Assembly: GCA_965207445.1 (NCBI GenBank)
Contig: CBDBLX010000002.1
Span: 2,424,124-2,488,123 of the forward strand
DNA length: 64,000 nt
Reading direction: 5' to 3'
Source: Nitrosopumilus sp.
GTDB taxonomy: Archaea > Thermoproteota > Nitrososphaeria > Nitrososphaerales > Nitrosopumilaceae
Shown: piece by piece, positions 61,837 through 64,000 of the stretch
Position numbering within the stretch: position 1 is the first letter of the stretch
Layout of the letters: each line of letters begins with the position of its first letter
Translations under genes and position numbers: made by a program
The notes under the pieces: model-generated
What the model was told of the DNA's origin: nothing
Database searches by the model: none
What the model saw: only the letters and a program-made list of their open reading frames with translations

Positions 61837-62331
61837 GTGTTGAAAACATTATTAATTATTTGTACAATGTCTATATTTTTATTGTCGACAACAGTTTGGA
61901 GTGCTACACCTTTGTTTGCTCATACCACAATCCCAGTGGATAAATATGATGTAGAGGCAGGTTGGAGTGTAGAGCCACCTATTTAGTTCAAATAAAATGG
62001 CGATATTCGTGGCACACCTATAGAAATTACAATTCCAATAGAGGATGTTGAGCATACGGCCGCATTAGATTTTCCTCCAGTTGTAGGTAGTGGTGGTAGT
62101 AGTGGTGGTGGCGATAGTGGTAATGCAGCAGAAATCTTTGCAATGCAAAAGGCAATTACATCTTTACAACAGGATATAGCACGATTAAAATCGGGTGAGA
62201 CGGTTGTTTCATCTAACCCTACTGATGACGGTACTTTATACAGCTTTGCAGTTATGGGACTCTCCATGTCCGCTGTTGCCGTAGTGTTGAGTGTGATAGC
62301 GTTGACTCGTAGTAAACAGAATGTAGGGTAA
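61837..62331 (+). pseudogene. Disrupted secreted, membrane-anchored protein divergent from copCD
   Basis: Signal peptide + AHTTIPVDKYDVEAGWSVEPP, stops at 61984 and 61993, then the same frame resumes GDIRGTPIEITIPIEDVE...LDFPP, coiled coil and C-terminal TM helix. Confidence 0.7.
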
Positions 62332-62550
62332 CATTAAACGTTTGGTTTTATTTCAACTATAAATAATAATGCAAAATAATAATGCAAATGAAATACAATA
62401 TAAATAATTATTAAATTAAAAATATAAATATATATACATATATTTATAAAACATGTAACAATACAAGTTAATTTATAATAAAAGTGAGTTTAATTTTGAT
62501 TCTAGAAAAATTAAAAATATGATAGATAATGAGTCTGATTTAACACCACA

Positions 62551-63618
62551 TCATCTATTTTGGAGTTTTCCATTATGTAGTCTTGCTCGTACAAGTTTGG
62601 TACATGTTAGAATTGCAAATGCTGGAGCGCCAACATACATTCCCAAATTCAACAGTATTACAGATATACCATATCCTAGCATTTCTGACTCAGAGTCAAT
62701 CTCAGCGTAGTTTAGAAGTGAAAGTGACGACAACATTGGAGTCAATGTTACCTGAACTACTTCTCTAAACATTGGATTTTCTCTTTCAAGATCTGCTACT
62801 GCTGGAGAGAATGCATAATAGACCTGATTGAAACCAGACATAAATGCAGTTCCGGATTCAGTTGCAAGCACAGTGTTGTCCCTCAACTCTCTAAGCTGCT
62901 GAACCTGCGGAGCAAGTTCAGAGCCAAATGCAGCAGTTGCTATGAGGCAACCACCATTTCCGTCATCACCGGTAGTGTCATCTACTGGGGGGTCATCCAT
63001 CATCATGTCAGAGTCATCTACCATCATGTCAGAGTCATCTACCATCATGTCAGAGTCATCTACCATCATGTCAGAGTCATCTACCATCATGTCAGAGTCA
63101 TCTACCATCATGTCAGAGTCATCTACCATCATGTCAGAGTCATCTACCATCATGTCAGAGTCATCTACCATCATGTCAGAGTCATCTACCATCATGTCAG
63201 AGTCGTTATCAGAGTGTGGATCTGCAGATGCAGACACTATGATCTGACCAGTCATCCACGGATGAACAAGACAGTAGTGGTCATACGTACCTTCTTCATC
63301 TATTGTGAATACGTATGAACTACCAGCAAGTACAAGACTACTATCAAACACACCAGTAGCACCATCTGTAGGTGAACCAGATGTTAATGTGTGTGCCACA
63401 TTATCTGTGTTGTCAAAAGTAATCTCGGTTCCAGGACTCACAGTCAGGATTGGCATATTGTAGCATAGTTCTTCTGTATCTTGACATCCAGGTACACCTG
63501 AACCTTCGACAGGTGTTAGTATTGGATGGACATCAGCAAATGCCGAGGGTGCAATAGCAACCATTCCCGTTACAAGCACAGACAGTAAAAAAAAGGAACT
63601 GACTGCTTTAGTCATCAT
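62551..63618 (-). CDS. Blue-copper (cupredoxin) protein with Met-rich repeats and CFI-box-CTERM anchor
   Basis: AHTLTSG...YCLVHPWM type-1 Cu ligands; GGCLIATAAFGSELAPQVQQLRELRD; C-terminal TM helix. Confidence 0.88.
   Translation of the reverse strand: MMTKAVSSFFLLSVLVTGMVAIAPSAFADVHPILTPVEGSGVPGCQDTEELCYNMPILTVSPGTEITFDNTDNVAHTLTSGSPTDGATGVFDSSLVLAGSSYVFTIDEEGTYDHYCLVHPWMTGQIIVSASADPHSDNDSDMMVDDSDMMVDDSDMMVDDSDMMVDDSDMMVDDSDMMVDDSDMMVDDSDMMVDDSDMMVDDSDMMMDDPPVDDTTGDDGNGGCLIATAAFGSELAPQVQQLRELRDNTVLATESGTAFMSGFNQVYYAFSPAVADLERENPMFREVVQVTLTPMLSSLSLLNYAEIDSESEMLGYGISVILLNLGMYVGAPAFAILTCTKLVRARLHNGKLQNR
63001..63204 (-). repeat. Perfect 21-bp tandem repeat x~9.7 encoding VDDSDMM
   Basis: CATCATGTCAGAGTCATCTAC repeated on the + strand. 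Confidence 0.97.
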
Positions 63619-63764
63619 AGTTTAGGATTATAGAATGGGTTTTAAAAATCTAGCCATTTTTATACTAAACTGTTACTTGTACTAACTGTGAAAAATTATT
63701 TACCACACACAACAATGCTCGCAAATTATATCTCATCAAACATAATTTTTAGATATATGGGCCA

Positions 63765-64000
63765 TCATCTTTTTCCAAGTTTTTTACGTAACAAAATTAC
63801 AGTAAAAACAGGCAGACCAATATAGATTAACAAATTGAGTATAATTATACCAACACCATAGATGATCATCTCATAGTCTGTATCTATGTCGATATGTTGC
63901 AATAGGGAAAGTGACGTGAGTAATGGTGTCAACATGATCCTTGTCATCTCTCTGAGAATTGGGTGTTCCCTTTGAATATCAGATATTGCAGGTGAGAATG
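63765..64000 (-). CDS. C-terminus of a second CFI-box-CTERM protein (partial)
   Basis: FSPAISDIQREHPILRE...LTPLLTSL...YGVGII.LN..IY.G.P parallels the C-terminus of the adjacent protein. Confidence 0.8.
   Translation of the reverse strand, partial: FSPAISDIQREHPILREMTRIMLTPLLTSLSLLQHIDIDTDYEMIIYGVGIIILNLLIYIGLPVFTVILLRKKLGKR

Noticed and set aside
19132..63204. Tandem arrays as CRISPR arrays
   Set aside because: Units are head-to-tail without unique spacers, lie in-frame within genes, and no cas genes are present.

Overview
A 64-kb chromosomal segment from an AT-rich archaeon. Gene content points to Nitrososphaerota (Thaumarchaeota), most likely Nitrosopumilaceae: S19e, L44e, S27e, thermosome, Csl4, Nep1, TiaS, Dph2, short CobQ, CopC/CopD fusion, CFI-box-CTERM cupredoxin and an intron-containing initiator tRNA. 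Most of the window is core metabolism: riboflavin, purine (purN, guaA, guaB, ade), sulfate assimilation (cysH, sat), cobalamin (cobD/cbiB/cobQ/cobS/cobY), pterin (mptE, folP), mevalonate (thiolase/DUF35, HMG-CoA reductase), class II RNR and a Zn/Cu cluster. Long AT-rich spacers, pseudogenes, low-complexity insertions and many tandem repeats suggest relaxed selection, possibly a host-associated lineage (inference). The main points of interest are: (1) an HTH + ATP-cone + class III RNR-like protein lacking the catalytic residues, a candidate nucleotide-sensing regulator, plus a perfect palindrome at the nrdJ promoter; (2) a family of ~81-bp IS66-derived miniature elements, two of which bracket a 2.2-kb island in inverted orientation; (3) a structured intergenic RNA candidate with a C'/D' kink-turn and competing helices; (4) perfect coding tandem repeats that build His-, Met- and Lys/Ser/His-rich tracts; (5) a recurrent 12-bp x3 micro-duplication pattern; (6) several unannotated Cys-rich microproteins. 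All calls come from reading the sequence; no database searches were run.
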